Of a DNA stretch of 64,000 bases, positions 35,101 to 62,349 are shown piece after piece. How positions within the stretch are numbered: position 1 is the stretch's first letter; every line of letters starts with the position of its first letter. The stretch comes from Eledone cirrhosa (Eukaryota), in NCBI GenBank assembly GCA_964016885.1, contig OZ024756.1, positions 25,668,001-25,732,000 on the forward strand, written 5' to 3'. The position numbers and the translations under genes are program-made. Under the pieces are notes generated by a model that was given only the letters and a program-made list of their open reading frames with translations, was not told the origin of the DNA and made no database searches.

Positions 35101-38100
35101 ACCACCACAACTGTAACCTACCACATGTTTTGACATATTTCAGGAGAAAGCTGTCCAGTGGTTAAAAAATGGAGACTTTACAGCTGAGGATTTGTGTTTC
35201 TCTCTTCAAGAGACAGTCTTTGCTATGTTGGTGGAGATTACTGGTAAGTATGTGTAGAACTGGGTCACTTTAACACTAGTATATTACTGGTATATGTGTA
35301 GAACTGGGTCACTTTAACACTAGTATATTACTGGTATGTATGTGTAGAATTTGGTCACTTACTTAACACTAGTGTATTACTGCTATGTATGTATAGAATT
35401 GAACATCTTAACACTTGTGTATTAATGGTATGTGTGTGTAGAACTGGGTCACTTAATCTTGGGGTACTACCGGTATGTGTATGTTGAACTTGTGTATTGC
35501 TGGTATGTGTGTAACTGAGTGACTTAGCCTTGGTGTATTACTGGTACAATTATGATGACACGAACTGGGTGTATAATATTATGCATCTAGCAAGAGAAGG
35601 ACCAATGGAAACATAAGTTCCTTGATCCGATTGGACAACCAGCTCCTTTCTTTTTCTTTGTTTTATATCTTGGAATGGAAGGAACAATGGAAACATGTTT
35701 TTCATGATTCAATTGAATGATCAACTTTCCTATTTTTATATCTCACAGAACGTGCTATGGCTCACTGTGGCTCTACTGAAGTCCTTATTGTTGGTGGAGT
35801 CGGTTGTAAGTATTTATTTTTCTCACACTACCATCACTTTCTAACATAATTATCTTACTTAACTTTTTATATATCTGTCTACTCTCACCTTTAATGTAGC
35901 TGTCCCCTTAGCTTCTAATATAACTGTCTACTGTCCACCTTAGCTTTTAATGTAGCTGTTCCTTTATTTTCTAATATAACTGTCTACTGTTTACCTTAGC
36001 TGCAAATATAACACCCTGCTTTCGTCCTAGCTTCTAATATAACTGTACTCTTAGCTTATAACCCTACTCCATATTATATATCAGCCACAATAAGATTTAT
36101 TTCAGATATATCAGCTACAAATAAGATTTATCTTAGATATATCAACTACAATAAGATTTATCTTAGATATGTCAGTCACAATAAAATTTATCTCAGATAT
36201 ATCAACTGAATTCTAGTCTTGTTTAAGTGATTTTTTTCCTTATCAAAAGATTGTGAAGCTAGTTTTTTCTTCTTAACTGTCATTGTAGGTAATGAACGTT
36301 TACAAGAAATGATGGGACAGATGGCAGAGGAGAGGAAAGCCAAGTTGTTTGCAACAGATGAGAGGTAAATTCAATATCTGTATAGTTACATGCATGCCTG
36401 TGTTGTTTCAGGTTCAGTCCAGCTGTACAGCTCCTTGGGTAAGTGTCTTCTACTCCAGCTGTGGGTTAACTAAAACCTTGTAAGTGGAATTTATGGAGTT
36501 TGGTAGACGAAAACTCTAGAAGCTAATTGTATGTATACATTAGGAAAATCTGCTTCGTAGAATCAAAACGTATCTGAGGACCTTGCGATTTTCAGAGTCA
36601 GGTTCGATCATCATGTCGATCGTGCCTCGAGCTGGTCACCAGAGAAACGATTGTAAAATGTCAAATAAATTCCATTCGTCGCTGATTCTCTTTTTTTTGT
36701 GATATCATACTCTGCTCTATGAGAGCATCGAGTGCTCAAGCGGCCTACCGCATACGGACGCTTTAAGCATCCAACACCAATTATATATATATATATATCT
36801 ATATATATATATATATATAGATATATATAGAGGTAAAACACTGGAAGGTAATATCCGCAGTGGTAGAGCACTCAGTCCATGGGACGAGTTAGGTAGAAGT
36901 GGTTACACAACAGTTAGTTCACCATACTCGGTATGGTGAACTAACTGTTGTGTTACCACTTATATATATATCCAGTTTAGAATATGTGCACTATACCCCT
37001 GCATGTTGTAAGAAGTAATGAAAAGGGTTGGTGCCAGGAATGACTTCTGGCTGTAAAATATTGTCTCAAAAAGTCCTGTCCAACCCATGCCAGCATAGAA
37101 AAATTGACATAAAAATAATTGTTTCTACTTTTGGTACAAGGCCAGCAATTACCCAGTGCATTACTGGTACTTTATTTTACATAAAAATAATGACGGGTGA
37201 ATATATATATATATATATATATAATAGGTGTGTTTATGTCTAAGTCCCATAACTTAGCAGTTAAAAAAAAAGAGATCGATAAAATAATTACTAGACTTGA
37301 AAATATAGGTTCTGGGATTGATATGGTTAACTAAATCAGTGTGACACAATATGTGACCAGCCTGGACCTTTAATTTACTAATACAGTTCATTCAATGGGC
37401 TTCCACACAGTTTCTGTCCACCCAATTTCATTCACAAGGCTTGGGTTGACCTGAAGCTATGGTAAAGACACTTGCTCAAGATGTAACACAATAGGATCAA
37501 CTTAACCATTCAATCATACTACATCCATGTCGCCAACATCAAACCAGAAGCAGTTAAAACTTTAACCCTTCCATACATCCAGTCTTCATATTTCAAATGT
37601 TTATTGCAAAGTTCTAAATATATTCTTCAGGTTCTGCATCGACAATGGAGCAATGATAGCTTATGCTGGTTTATTAATGTACAAGAATGGCTACACCACC
37701 CCTCTAAAAGACACAGGATGCACTCAGAGGTATTGTTGTTGTTGTTATTAAAGCACCAGTAATACACTGGGATAATTGCTGGCATGCTAAAAGTGGAAAC
37801 AGTTATTATTATTATTAGTAGTAGTATTGTTTCCTATATGGCCCTTGTGGCCAGTAAAGAAAGAATTTGGTTTTACATGCAGAAACGCCCGTGTGTACTG
37901 TCCTGTGTTGTCCTTAATGTTATACTTTGTGTGAACCCTTGTGGTTACTAAAGAAATCCTTATAATTGTTATTATTATCAGGGTGGTGGATTGGCAGTTT
38001 AGGGCGGTGGATTGACAGTATCAGTAGAGGGTCGGATGCCATGCTTTGAAGCATAGAGTTACCTCCCTTTATGATCTGAGTTCAAATCCCGCCGAGGTTA

Positions 38101-39126
38101 ACTTTGCCTTTCATCCTTACGGGGTCGATAAAATAAAGTACCAGTAATACACTGGGGTCGATTTAATCGACTTTCCCCTCTCCCAAAATTGCTGGCCTTG
38201 TGCCTAAAGTAGAAACAATTATTATCAGGGCAGTGGATTGGCACTATTCGTAGAGGGTCGGACACCATATTTTGCAGCATAGAGTTAGGGTCCTTTATGA
38301 TCTGAGTTCAAATTACGCCGAGGTTAATTTTGCCTTTCAGCCTTACGGAGTCGATAAAATAAAGTACCAGTCATGCAATGGGATCAATTTCATCGACTTT
38401 TCCCTCCCCCCAAAATTGCTGGCCTTATAATTGTGCCTATATAAGAAACCATTATTATTATTAAGGGAAGGCGGTGAATTGGCAGTATCAGTAGAGGGTT
38501 GGACGTCATGCTTTCTAGCATAGTTACGTCCCTTTATGGTCTGAGTTAAAATCCCGTCGAGGTAAACGTTGCCTTTCATCCTTACGGGGTCGATAAAATA
38601 AAGTACCAGTAATGTACTGGTTAATTGCTGGCCTTGTGCCAAAAGTAGAAACAATTATTATTAAGGGCGGTGGATTGGCAGTATCGGTAGAGGGTCGGAC
38701 GGCATGCTTTGCAGCACAGAGTTACGGCCCTTTATGATCTGAGTTTAAATCCTGCTGAGGTTAACTTTGCCTTTCATCCTTACAGGGTCAATAAAATAAA
38801 GTACCAGTAATGTACTGAGTAATTGCTGGCCTTGTGCCAAAAGTAGAAACAATTATTATTGTTATTAGTTGTAGTAGTAGTAGTTTATTTTTATTGTTTG
38901 TTGTTATTGCATTACTGAGCACAGCTCTATCACATATCTACTCAGTGCCATTCTTATGAGCCCCTTCTTACATGTCTCCCCCCCCCCACCCACTACCACC
39001 ACATATACCTTCTCAGTGCCATTCTAATGACCCCCACCTACTGCCACCAGATATACTTATTCAGTACCATTCTCGTATTCTTGCAGATATCGAACAGATG
39101 ATGTTCTCGTAACTTGGAGGAATTAG
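30804..39126 (+). CDS. OSGEP: tRNA N6-adenosine threonylcarbamoyltransferase (Kae1/OSGEP, KEOPS complex), 12 coding exons, 335 aa
   Basis: Exons: 30804-30918 ([17 protein letters not shown]), 31658-31777, 32148-32249 ([14 protein letters not shown]), 32462-32535 ([14 protein letters not shown]), 32740-32835 ([17 protein letters not shown]), 34122-34171, 34903-34981 ([14 protein letters not shown]), 35144-35243, 35749-35805, 36289-36364, 37631-37729 ([10 protein letters not shown]), 39087-39126 ([12 protein letters not shown]). These sum to 1008 nt. AATAAA follows at about 39178-39195. Confidence 0.96.
32250..32461 (+). other. U12-type (minor spliceosome) AT-AC intron in OSGEP
   Basis: The 5' end is ATATCCTTT. 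A branch site TTCCTTTAAC lies about 13 nt upstream of the terminal AC. Removing the intron restores the metal-binding H-C-I-G-H-I-E-M motif in frame. Confidence 0.92.
33148..34025 (+). mobile_element. Internally deleted mariner DNA transposon in an OSGEP intron
   Basis: TA target duplication with TIRs CGAAGTGTGTCAGAAAAG and CTTTTCTGACACACTTTG. Broken transposase fragments remain: [20 protein letters not shown] (WVP motif) and [13 protein letters not shown] (first catalytic Asp motif). Confidence 0.9.
34260..34860. mobile_element. Copies of a second SINE family (AGGAAGGGCATCCAGCCGTA core, (GAT)n tail) in both orientations
   Basis: MetaSINE-like core with tail GACGTTAAACGATGATGAT. Also at about 3380-3690, 17085-17260, 23835-23910, 30095-30440 and 54705-54925. 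Confidence 0.75.
35238..35550 (+). repeat. Degenerating tandem repeat of 40-50 bp seeded on an OSGEP splice donor
   Basis: TTACTG|GTAAGTATGTGTAGAACTGGGTCAC recurs as TTACTGGTAT.. about 7 times. Confidence 0.8.
37980..38860 (+). mobile_element. Tandem cluster of about 4 tRNA-derived SINEs
   Basis: A-box TGGCAGTATCGGTAG, B-box GAGTTCAAATCC, core GCCTTTCATCCTTACGGGGTCGATAAA and an (ATT)n tail. The same family occurs at about 5251-5405, 14550-14990, 16150-16560, 18768-19235, 21097-21285, 26405-26720, 28806-28960, 40465-40760, 41045-41225 and 61688-61870. Confidence 0.88.
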
Positions 39127-39699
39127 CAACCAAGGGGAGACAATTATAAATTTTTTTTTTATCTCATTTTTTTTTTAAATAAAAAATAAAATAAACATGT
39201 TTTTTAACATTGTTTTTATGTATTTCTTGTTCATCTATATATAATTTTGAGCAACTTCTGTCCGTCTGACCCACAATGTGTGCATTTGTGTAAAAGAAAG
39301 AAAGGGCATGGTGAAAAAACTATAGCAAAATAGTGACTGGCGTTGCATTTGCTACGTTATGTGTGTGTTTGTGTGAATGTATGTCTGAGTGTATTTTTGT
39401 CTCCCTCCTCACACAAATACATATAGACACATACACACATATATAGATACATCATACACATAAATATATATAGAGACACATACACACATTAATACATACA
39501 TACACAATTAATACACACACATACACGCATACAATAACATGCCCACCCTTCCTATATACACCGATCTAGAGTAAAGAAACATCAAACTTACCTGTATTTT
39601 CCTTAGATGTGCTTGTGCATATACACCTATGTAACCTCACTTCAGACAAGAAACGGTAAACACACACATATATGTATGTATGTATTGTATGTGTGTATG

Positions 39700-39738
<39 letters not shown>

Positions 39739-39865
39739 ATACATGTCATCATCATCATCATCATCATTTTACGTCCGCTTTTTCTTGCTTGCAAGCAGGG
39801 AAAAGCGGACGTAAAATGATGATGATGATGATGACATGTATATATATATAATGTATGTGTGTATG

Positions 39866-39898
<33 letters not shown>

Positions 39899-40759
39899 GT
39901 GTATGTATATATATATATATATATATATATGGGTGTGTGTGTGTGTGTATGTATGTATATATATATATATGTGTGTGTGTGTGTATGTATATATATGTGT
40001 GTGTGTGTGTTTGTATACATAAGGTGTTCAATTTACGTCAAGTTGTTATTTTTGCTGTCTGAAAGAAGGATGTGCGGTAGGAGCGGGTAAAGGGAGGTTC
40101 TGAGAGGTAGAACTTTAGGTGAAAGTCGTTGAGACAGAGAGGAAGAGGAGATATAAGGTTTGTTGCTTTTGTCCACTTTGTGATACAATGTCATCTAAGG
40201 AGAAATGAGCTAAAAGTTTATTTTTACAACTTGTTGACAAATCAGCGTTTAATGTAGTTGTCACGTTGTGTACCGGAGTTTCACCGTCACAACACTTAAC
40301 ACTGTGGTAGAATGGATAACGACAGCAACAGGAACAACAACAACAATTACAATACCAACAGCGATAACAACAACATTAACGACGATGATGATTTCTTTAT
40401 TAATTACAAATGGTTGACGTGAAATTTATAGAACACCCCACTCGATAATAATGCTTTCTTTATAATAATTGTTTCTACTTTTGGCACAAGGCCAGCAATT
40501 ACCAAGTGCATTACTGGTACTTTATTTTATCAACCCCGTAAGGATGAAAGGCAAAGTTAACCTCGGCGGGATTTGAACTCAGAATGGCAAGGGCCGTAAC
40601 TATGCGTCAAAGCATGGCGTCCGACCCTGTGCCGATACTGCCAATCCACAGAACAGCCCACTCGATAATAATGCTTTTTTTATAATAAATGTTTCTACTT
40701 TTGGCACAAGGCCAGCCATTAACCAGTGCATTACTGGTACTTTATTTTATCGACCCCGC

Positions 40760-41030
40760 CCTTCCTTGCGAATAGAAGTTGGTGGTTCAGTTGTCACTAT
40801 AAATTCGGCTGACATCCGGATGTGTCCCAAGCATGATAACAACTGTTCGGCACCTGCAATGAACGAACGCTGAACGATAGCGTGAAGGGCGGTAATGCTC
40901 CTCCATAACACTTCCAAGCCAAGGACTGTTGGTACCCGATCTGAACGTCCCTCCAGAAGACTTTGTTCAGGCTGTCCTCGTCGATAACCCGGAATGGTTC
41001 GTAGGACATCGTTGTTAATTTCCTCCGCTA
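40760..41030 (-). mobile_element. Possible L1/Tx1-type LINE fragment between SINE copies
   Basis: QQSLAWKCYGGALP resembles the zf-RVT region of L1/Tx1 ORF2. Confidence 0.4.
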
Positions 41031-42161
41031 ACCCTCAATAGTTATAATTGTTTCTAATTTTGGCACAAGGCCAGCAATTATCCAGTGTATTACTGGTGCT
41101 TATTTTATTGACCCCCGTAAGGATGAAAGGCAAAGTTAACCTCGGCGGGATTTGAACTCAGAACATAATGGACCATAACTCTATGCTGCAAAACATGTTG
41201 CCCGATACTCTACCGATACTGCCAAGCTGATTGGCTTGTGTTTATTATTATTATTATTTTTTTTTTTTCGTCTAAATGAATGAACATGATAGTAAGTGGG
41301 ATACGTGAATTAGTACAAAATATAGCGGGGCAAATTTTCCGTTTCACGTTGTCCTTTGTTTTGCCGCAAACCATAGAAACGTAATTTGCGGGCCGCATGT
41401 TTGAAACCCCTGCTCCATAGAGTGCGAGCGTTGTGTTCTGACTATTTTTTTTGTTTTGTCCGGTTGGTAGAGTGCACCGAGTATCTGGCAGCATTCTAGA
41501 TGTCTGATGGTCATCTTTGGTCTGCACTTGACGCAGAACTACAGCTCTGATAGGGAGACGAGTTACGGAAAAACGAGCCTAACGAAATGTATCCACGCTG
41601 GTTTCTTGTCGCGAGACTTGAGGTATTTGTGCAAGTGCGACAGCCTTAGCAGGTGTCCACGCATCAGACTTCCATTGTTGAAAACATGATTGTTTTCTTC
41701 TTTCATCTACTCCAAAATAATTTAAACTAGTTTCGTGCGATTTCAAGTTTAGGCGCAAATCACTGCATCAAAATCTAACGTAGTAGAGAACAGCATTTGA
41801 CACGATCACATGGTTTCTCTGCTTTTCAAGTATTATATAACCTTTGTCTTCAAATGTTATATTCAAAATGGATATTTATCGAAATGACTTTAAATATCAT
41901 TTTGTAAACTTCTGTTCTGTTGATCTCTCTCTCCCTCTCTGTGTTTATGTAAATGCTATTTTGCTAACTTCTGTTGTTCTGTAGTAAAATGTTAAATACT
42001 GATTTCTCTGCTGTATATTTAAGTCTATGATTATGTGGTTAAGTAGTTCTCGGTTCAGTCCCGCTGCACTGAACCCTTGGCAAGTGTCTTTTATTATAGC
42101 CCCGGGTTGACTAATGCCTTATGAGAGGAATTTTCCAGACGGAAGCTGCAGAAGCCCATCG

Positions 42162-42255
<94 letters not shown>

Positions 42256-42398
42256 TATGCATCATACACAAAACGCAGCATCAACAGTTTTCCAAGAGAT
42301 GGCAACATGAATGGACCTGTTATTTTTCTCTAAAAACTTCTTTTACAATTCCACCCCGCCCGTCCCTTCAATCTTTCTAATTCTAATTACTCATTCTT

Positions 42399-42434
42399 TC
42401 TTCTGATGAAGGACTAGCGTCCGAAACGTTAAGA
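42399..42434 (+). ncRNA. Minimal hammerhead ribozyme, GAAACGTT family
   Basis: Reads TCTT CTGATGA a GGAC tagc GTCC GAAACGTT AAGA. The palindrome AACGTT replaces stem III, as in dimer-type hammerheads. Confidence 0.72.
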
Positions 42435-43953
42435 CCCTCTTCCCTCTTTCTACTATTTCAAGCGTTAGCCTAGTATATTCCTTCCATATACTGTACCGAT
42501 TGTGTTGTTTCTGTTTACCTTTTACATACATGTATATTTACGTGTGTGCGTGTGCGTGTGTAATTCTCTTGCACTGAGCTCGGAATCTTTTGATTGCGAA
42601 GTGAATTAATGTGTAAATGTCTAAAGTATTTCACAGACACGTGTACCCTTAACATAATTCCAAAGTTAAATCAGTGCGACAAGCTTGGACCTTTGAATTA
42701 CAATAATTATCCATTCGATGGGCCTCTACACAGTTTCTGTCAACCAAATTTCGCCCACAGACATTTGTCAACCCGAGGCTATAGAAGACATTTGGCCTAG
42801 GTGTCACGTGATTGCAAAGCGGACATTTTAACCACCCAGTCATACCTGCGTCAGCTAACATAATACGTACAATAACAGATTGAATAAATATATAAAACGG
42901 AGGCAGTTGTGTTTTAAATTGATTAGAAATGTTTAATTCCATATTTTATTGTCTTCGATTTAAAACCAATCAGACGGAAATAGTGGGGAGATGGGTGGGA
43001 GATTTAACTCGTTCGATACCATATTTCCAATGAAACACGTTGCCTATAATTTTCAAATAATTTTGAAAATAATCAAAAATTTGCAAGTGATAATTAACTT
43101 CATTTTATTAAGTTGGTGTTTGGAACATAACTTAACAAAGGTTCTTACATTAAATGTTAATGGAATGTTTTTAGATAAACACAAACAGTTTGAAATAAAT
43201 AGTTTTGGATCATAGAACCAGGGGTGTTTGAAACATAACAAACGTTCTTAAATAAAATTATGATGGAATGTGTTTAGATAAATATAAACACTTTAAAATA
43301 AACAGTTTGGGATCAGAGAACTAGGGCTGTTTCAGATGGTTTGGTACCAAAAGGGTTAAAAGCAACATCAACAGCAATAGACATATGGAATGTAAAATTC
43401 TCGCGAGATTTCATTGTTCGCGTTATTTATTTATGAAGTCTCGTATTTTTATACAAGAGAAAGGGGAGACAATGTTGTGGCGTTCATTCACATTCCAATG
43501 GCATTTAGCTGATGTTGGTGGTGGTGGTGATGACGGCGATGATGGCGATGATGATGACGACGATGATAATGAGGGTGATGGTGTTGGTGGTAGTGACGAT
43601 GACGATGATGATGTTGGTAATGATGATAATGACGACGATGGTGTTGGTGATGATGACGACGATGATGTTGATGGCAGACAGACTGACTGATTCCAGACTT
43701 AACAGAGACATGCCCCTCACATACTTCCATCTTAACAGACGCTAGCTCTATGCCAGGAAATACGATTTAAGCAACACACCGCCCCCAGACAATCATTATT
43801 TTCAGTTGCCTTTCTTGGAGGTGGGAGTAGAGCAGAGATATGTTAAGACAAGTTCCTTTATTTGTGTCGGAATCGCTTATCCAAGATGGCCGATTTCGTA
43901 TTTTTAAGTCTCATGAAAAGTATTTCTGTTTGAAATAAACACAGACATCTCTA

Positions 43954-57575
<13,622 letters not shown>

Positions 57576-58377
57576 CGTGAAAAGTGTTGGTTCAAATGTC
57601 AAACAGACGAACAACCAAAATCTCTGAAAAATAATCAAATATAAGAAATATATTTAAATGAATGACAGATAGAACAGGAAGACATGTTTGTATAACTTTA
57701 TATAAAACCTGAAAGTTATTCATGCGTCTCAAATGACAACAGGCATGAATTGAACGGAACAGAGGGGACAGGGGCTGTTAGAGTGGCCCTACGATTTTGA
57801 GAGGGCCTACTCCTCTCAAGTTCTTTTATGTTTTAATTCTGTTCTGTTTCGTGTAAATAAATCGTGTACATTACCAGTGGCGTAGCTAGAAAATGTGCCG
57901 CCTGGAGCAGACCATGTGTGTGCCGCACCCGGTCTCCCATTAAAATACCACATATTGTAGATTTATATAACAACCGAAACATGCCGAACCCATAAAAGTG
58001 TTTCTCGGGGTGGTCCGCCTCTCCATCACCATCTCCACCACCACCCAACTCGTACATAGATAAGGATTTAGCACTGATTATTAAAATACTTAAATGAGAA
58101 GTTTGAAATAAAGTTTACATTAAATATCTGGTCAAGACTATGACCAAATTTGGGGACACACTGCGATCAGTGCCTGGGTATACATTGCCTTAGGTTAGCC
58201 CTACACAGTGTGCCCCATTTCCCCAAAAATAAAATAATTTCAACTTGAATAAGCTGGCAAAGCTAGTTTTTGACACTTCTTGCTCTGACCACACGAAGAA
58301 AATTACTAAGCCTACATTTTCTACTACACCGTACACTCTCATTCACACCAAATAATGTTACAGGGTATAATATTATA

Positions 58378-58434
<57 letters not shown>

Positions 58435-58444
58435 CAGTAGCAAC

Positions 58445-58506
<62 letters not shown>

Positions 58507-58760
58507 CAGTAGCAGTGGTGATGGTGGTGGTAGCAGCAGCAGCAGTAGTAGTGGTGGTGGTAGTGGTGGTGGTGGTGGTGTGTAGGGGTGTACGTGTGGT
58601 GGTAACGGTGTGGGTGTGTGTGGTGGTGGTGGTGTGTGGGGGTGTACGTGTGGTGGTGATGGTGTGGGTGTGTGTGGTGGTGGGGGTGTACGTGTGGTGG
58701 TGATGGTGTGGGGGTGTGTGGGGTGGGGGGTGGGGGTGGGGGTGGGGGTGTGTATGTGAG
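58378..58760. repeat. (TAG)n/(TGG)n trinucleotide and G-rich low-complexity tract
   Basis: Read directly from the sequence. Similar (GAT/GGT)n tracts occur at 13990-14265 and 43510-43675. Confidence 0.9.
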
Positions 58761-59048
58761 TGTACGTATGTTTCTAGTTTATTAATGAAGTGAGAAACAA
58801 TTGGCAATACATCAAACAAGCTCTGCGTGCTCATTTGCTATTACTGTTGTTTTTGTTGTTGTTGCTGTTGTTATTGTTGCTGTTGTTGTCACTGTTGTAT
58901 ATTTTCCATTGTCCAAGCTGTGATCCGATCACCTCACCTCACCTTTCAAAACTTCATTGACTTCAATAAAGTTTTTTTACCTTGCTGTTCTTTAGAAACT
59001 GGAGAGAATTAATCTAATCTCTTCCTCTCTCCCCCTCTCTGATAATCT

Positions 59049-59181
<133 letters not shown>

Positions 59182-59254
59182 TACATACACTTACATACAC
59201 ATATGTATGTATATATATGATTCTATGTATGTACGTATGTATATATATATATCG

Positions 59255-60326
59255 TCATGTACCAACCTGCCCCTGGTAAGCAGTACAGTGAACCAAATAT
59301 CTATGTGTATGGTAAACGACTTGGAGTGGTTGATCAGTTTGTCTACCTGGGAAGAACTGTCAATCGATACAGCAACCTTGATAATGAAATCCCACTCAGG
59401 ATTAGGAAAGCAAGTGATGCTTTCGGAAAGCTAAAAAGGCGACTCTGGGGTCGGCGAGACATATGCAAGAAGACAAAGGTAAAGGTGTACAAGGCATGTG
59501 TGCTCTCTTCTCTTCTTTATGCCTGCGAGACCTGGGTCACATATCGACACCACCTTAAACAATTGGAGAGTTTTCATCAGATGTGTCTCAGACGGATCCA
59601 TGGCGTTCACTGGAGGGACCACATCAGTGATGTCGAGATTTTGTAAAGCTCTCTGTGTGACAGTATAGAAGCTCTTGTGCTTAAGCAACGACTCCGTTGG
59701 AGTGGTCACCTTGCCAGGATGAAGGATTCTAGAATACCAAAACAACTCTTTTATGGAGAGTTAGTTGTTAGTTAAAAGAAAATGACCGCCACATAAACCC
59801 AAAAAAGAGGTATAAGGATTCCTTGAAAGCCTCTTTGAAAGACGCTAACATCTCTGCTGATACATGGAAAAATGTTGCTGCTGATCGTAATAAATGGAGA
59901 AAGACTGTATATGAGGGGAAAGTTGCCTTTGAGGCATCTCGAATCGCATACGAGAAAGTAAAGCGGGATGTGAGGAAGGGCATTGCTGATGCATTTCGAG
60001 ACGGCGAAGGTCCTCCTATGGTGCTGACATGCAGCGTCTGTGCGAGACTCTGCCTAAGCAAAGCTGGACTCGAAAGTCATCTTCGCAGTCATAAAGTAAG
60101 ACCAGTGGTTGACTACCAGGCTGCTGTTGGAGATGCTACTCATCATGCTTGCCAAGCATATGGAAGAGAGTGTAGATCAGCAGGAGGGCTCAAGAGACAT
60201 GCAAAAGTACATGAACTCCAACCACAGCCGGCTATTCCCAGTGAATGTTTTGGTTGCCAACTCTGTGCAAGACATTTTAGATCATTGGCTGGGCTAAAAA
60301 GTCACATTCGATCGCAGCACTGTTAA
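59255..60326 (+). mobile_element. 5'-truncated RTE (BovB-like) LINE with C-terminal C2H2 fingers
   Basis: Fragments [55 protein letters not shown], with an in-frame stop and a frameshift. Three CxxC..H..H-type motifs lie at the C-terminus. Confidence 0.88.
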
Positions 60327-60344
60327 TTGCTATCGTGTGTGTGT

Positions 60345-60388
<44 letters not shown>

Positions 60389-60537
60389 GTTTATGTGTGT
60401 GCGCGTGTGTGTATATATATGTATATTATTATTGTTGTTGTTGTCGTTATTATTATTGTTGTTATTATTATTATTATTATTGTTATTATTATGGGGGGGG
60501 GGGTCGTGCAATGGCCATACTCGATAACGAGGGGGCA

Positions 60538-60568
<31 letters not shown>

Positions 60569-60646
60569 ACGAAGGAAGTGTGGTAAATAGTCCAGAAATA
60601 GCCGTCGAAACGGCTTGAGCCCTGCCGTCGAGGTTAAACATTTTCC

Positions 60647-60683
<37 letters not shown>

Positions 60684-62096
60684 TCTCTTTCCTTCTCATC
60701 CTCCAAATATTAATCCTATATTATGTTCTTGTATCGGAGTTAGAAATCATACACGTTGACCTATCATGACTAGTACCTGGCAGAATCGGGAGAGCAGCAA
60801 ATGTCTTGGGTGTATGTTTCGTTTTTTAAAAGGTTATGGCCCTGTATGTTCTGAGATAAATTCTACAGCCAGAGGTCAGATCAGATGTGAAATATAGCCC
60901 CTTCCCCCAAAGGGCAAGATGTGAAATACAGGCCTCGTTTCAATCTGCTCTTGAAGTATTTTGGTAACAAGTGTATATACATGAAGGTGCGCGGCTTAGT
61001 AGTTACGCTGTTCGGCTTTCGATCGTAAAGTCGTGAGTTCGATTATCGGCCCTTGAGTAATTTCTCATTATACCAGTCACACACCGTGTTACATTGAATA
61101 TTTCTCCTTGAGAATTACGTTAAGGACACAGGCATCGGCGGAATACTTAACTACAAGCACATTAATTTCATGAGCAGGCTGTTCCGTTCAGTGAACGACT
61201 GGAGCGGCCATTGTCGAAAACAACGGAGGTCCTTTCTTAATACATTATACATTAAGTAAGGTATAAAATACACTGAACCTGTTAGCATTGGGACTCCAGC
61301 TTCAAATATCGTTTCTAGGTTCATGGCCAGATAATAAAGTTGTGGATCTCAGCAGACGATAACAGCGAACGTATGGGACGGAGTGGGACACCGGAAACGC
61401 AAGGGACATACTACACTGCTATTGTGTTTCAGTTGCAAAAGGGGTCAAAGTGTGTGTTAACACAGACTTAACAGAAGAGATTGAGACTTCTAATTAGGTA
61501 TGACATACCATTGTGTTACACTGACACCTATTTAATGGTATGTCACACCTCTTCCAACTCCCTTTCTGTGACCTACCCCCTTCACTCGCTCTCCCCCTTC
61601 TTTCCCTCTCACCCTCACCATCTCGCCTCCCCCCCCCTCTCTCTCTCTCCACACACACACACCACATATATACATATATATATCAGAATTGTTTCTACTT
61701 TTAGTACAAGGCCAGCAATTACCCCAGTGCATTACTGGTGCTTTATTTTATCGACCCCGTAAGGATGAAAGGCAAAGTTAACCTCGGCGGGATTTGAACT
61801 CAGACCTTAAAGGACCGTAACTCTATGCTGCAAAGCATGGCGTCCGACCCTCTACCGATACTGCCAATTCAGTTAGACCATTACTCACCAGAGTACTCGA
61901 TACTTGGGGTAGTAGAGTGGGTAATATGAAATAATCCAGGACCCTGGCAGCCGCCGGGCTCCCGGATGTTTTCATATTTATATATATAAAATGGCGGGCT
62001 GTGTGGCTGTAATTAAGTACAATGAAAATAAAAGTTACAGGCAAAAGAGGGTAATATCCATCGTCAGTTGTCTGCTAGGAATCACGCGAAGAACTA

Positions 62097-62147
<51 letters not shown>

Positions 62148-62349
62148 GTAAGACCGTTATTGCTCCAATCAGTCAACTAACCCTCAGCAAATAACCTAAA
62201 CGAAACACCAACCTGTGCCCATGACTCCTGACAAACAAACCGTACACACCTCCAAATTTGGCAAACCACATGATACATACATACATACATACATACATAC
62301 ATGCATGCATGCATACATACATACATACATACATACATACACACATACA

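Noticed and set aside
60984-61052. tRNA-like sequence with A and B boxes (also 12943-13015)
   Set aside because: There is no complete cloverleaf and it continues into a SINE body, so it is a SINE head and not a tRNA gene.
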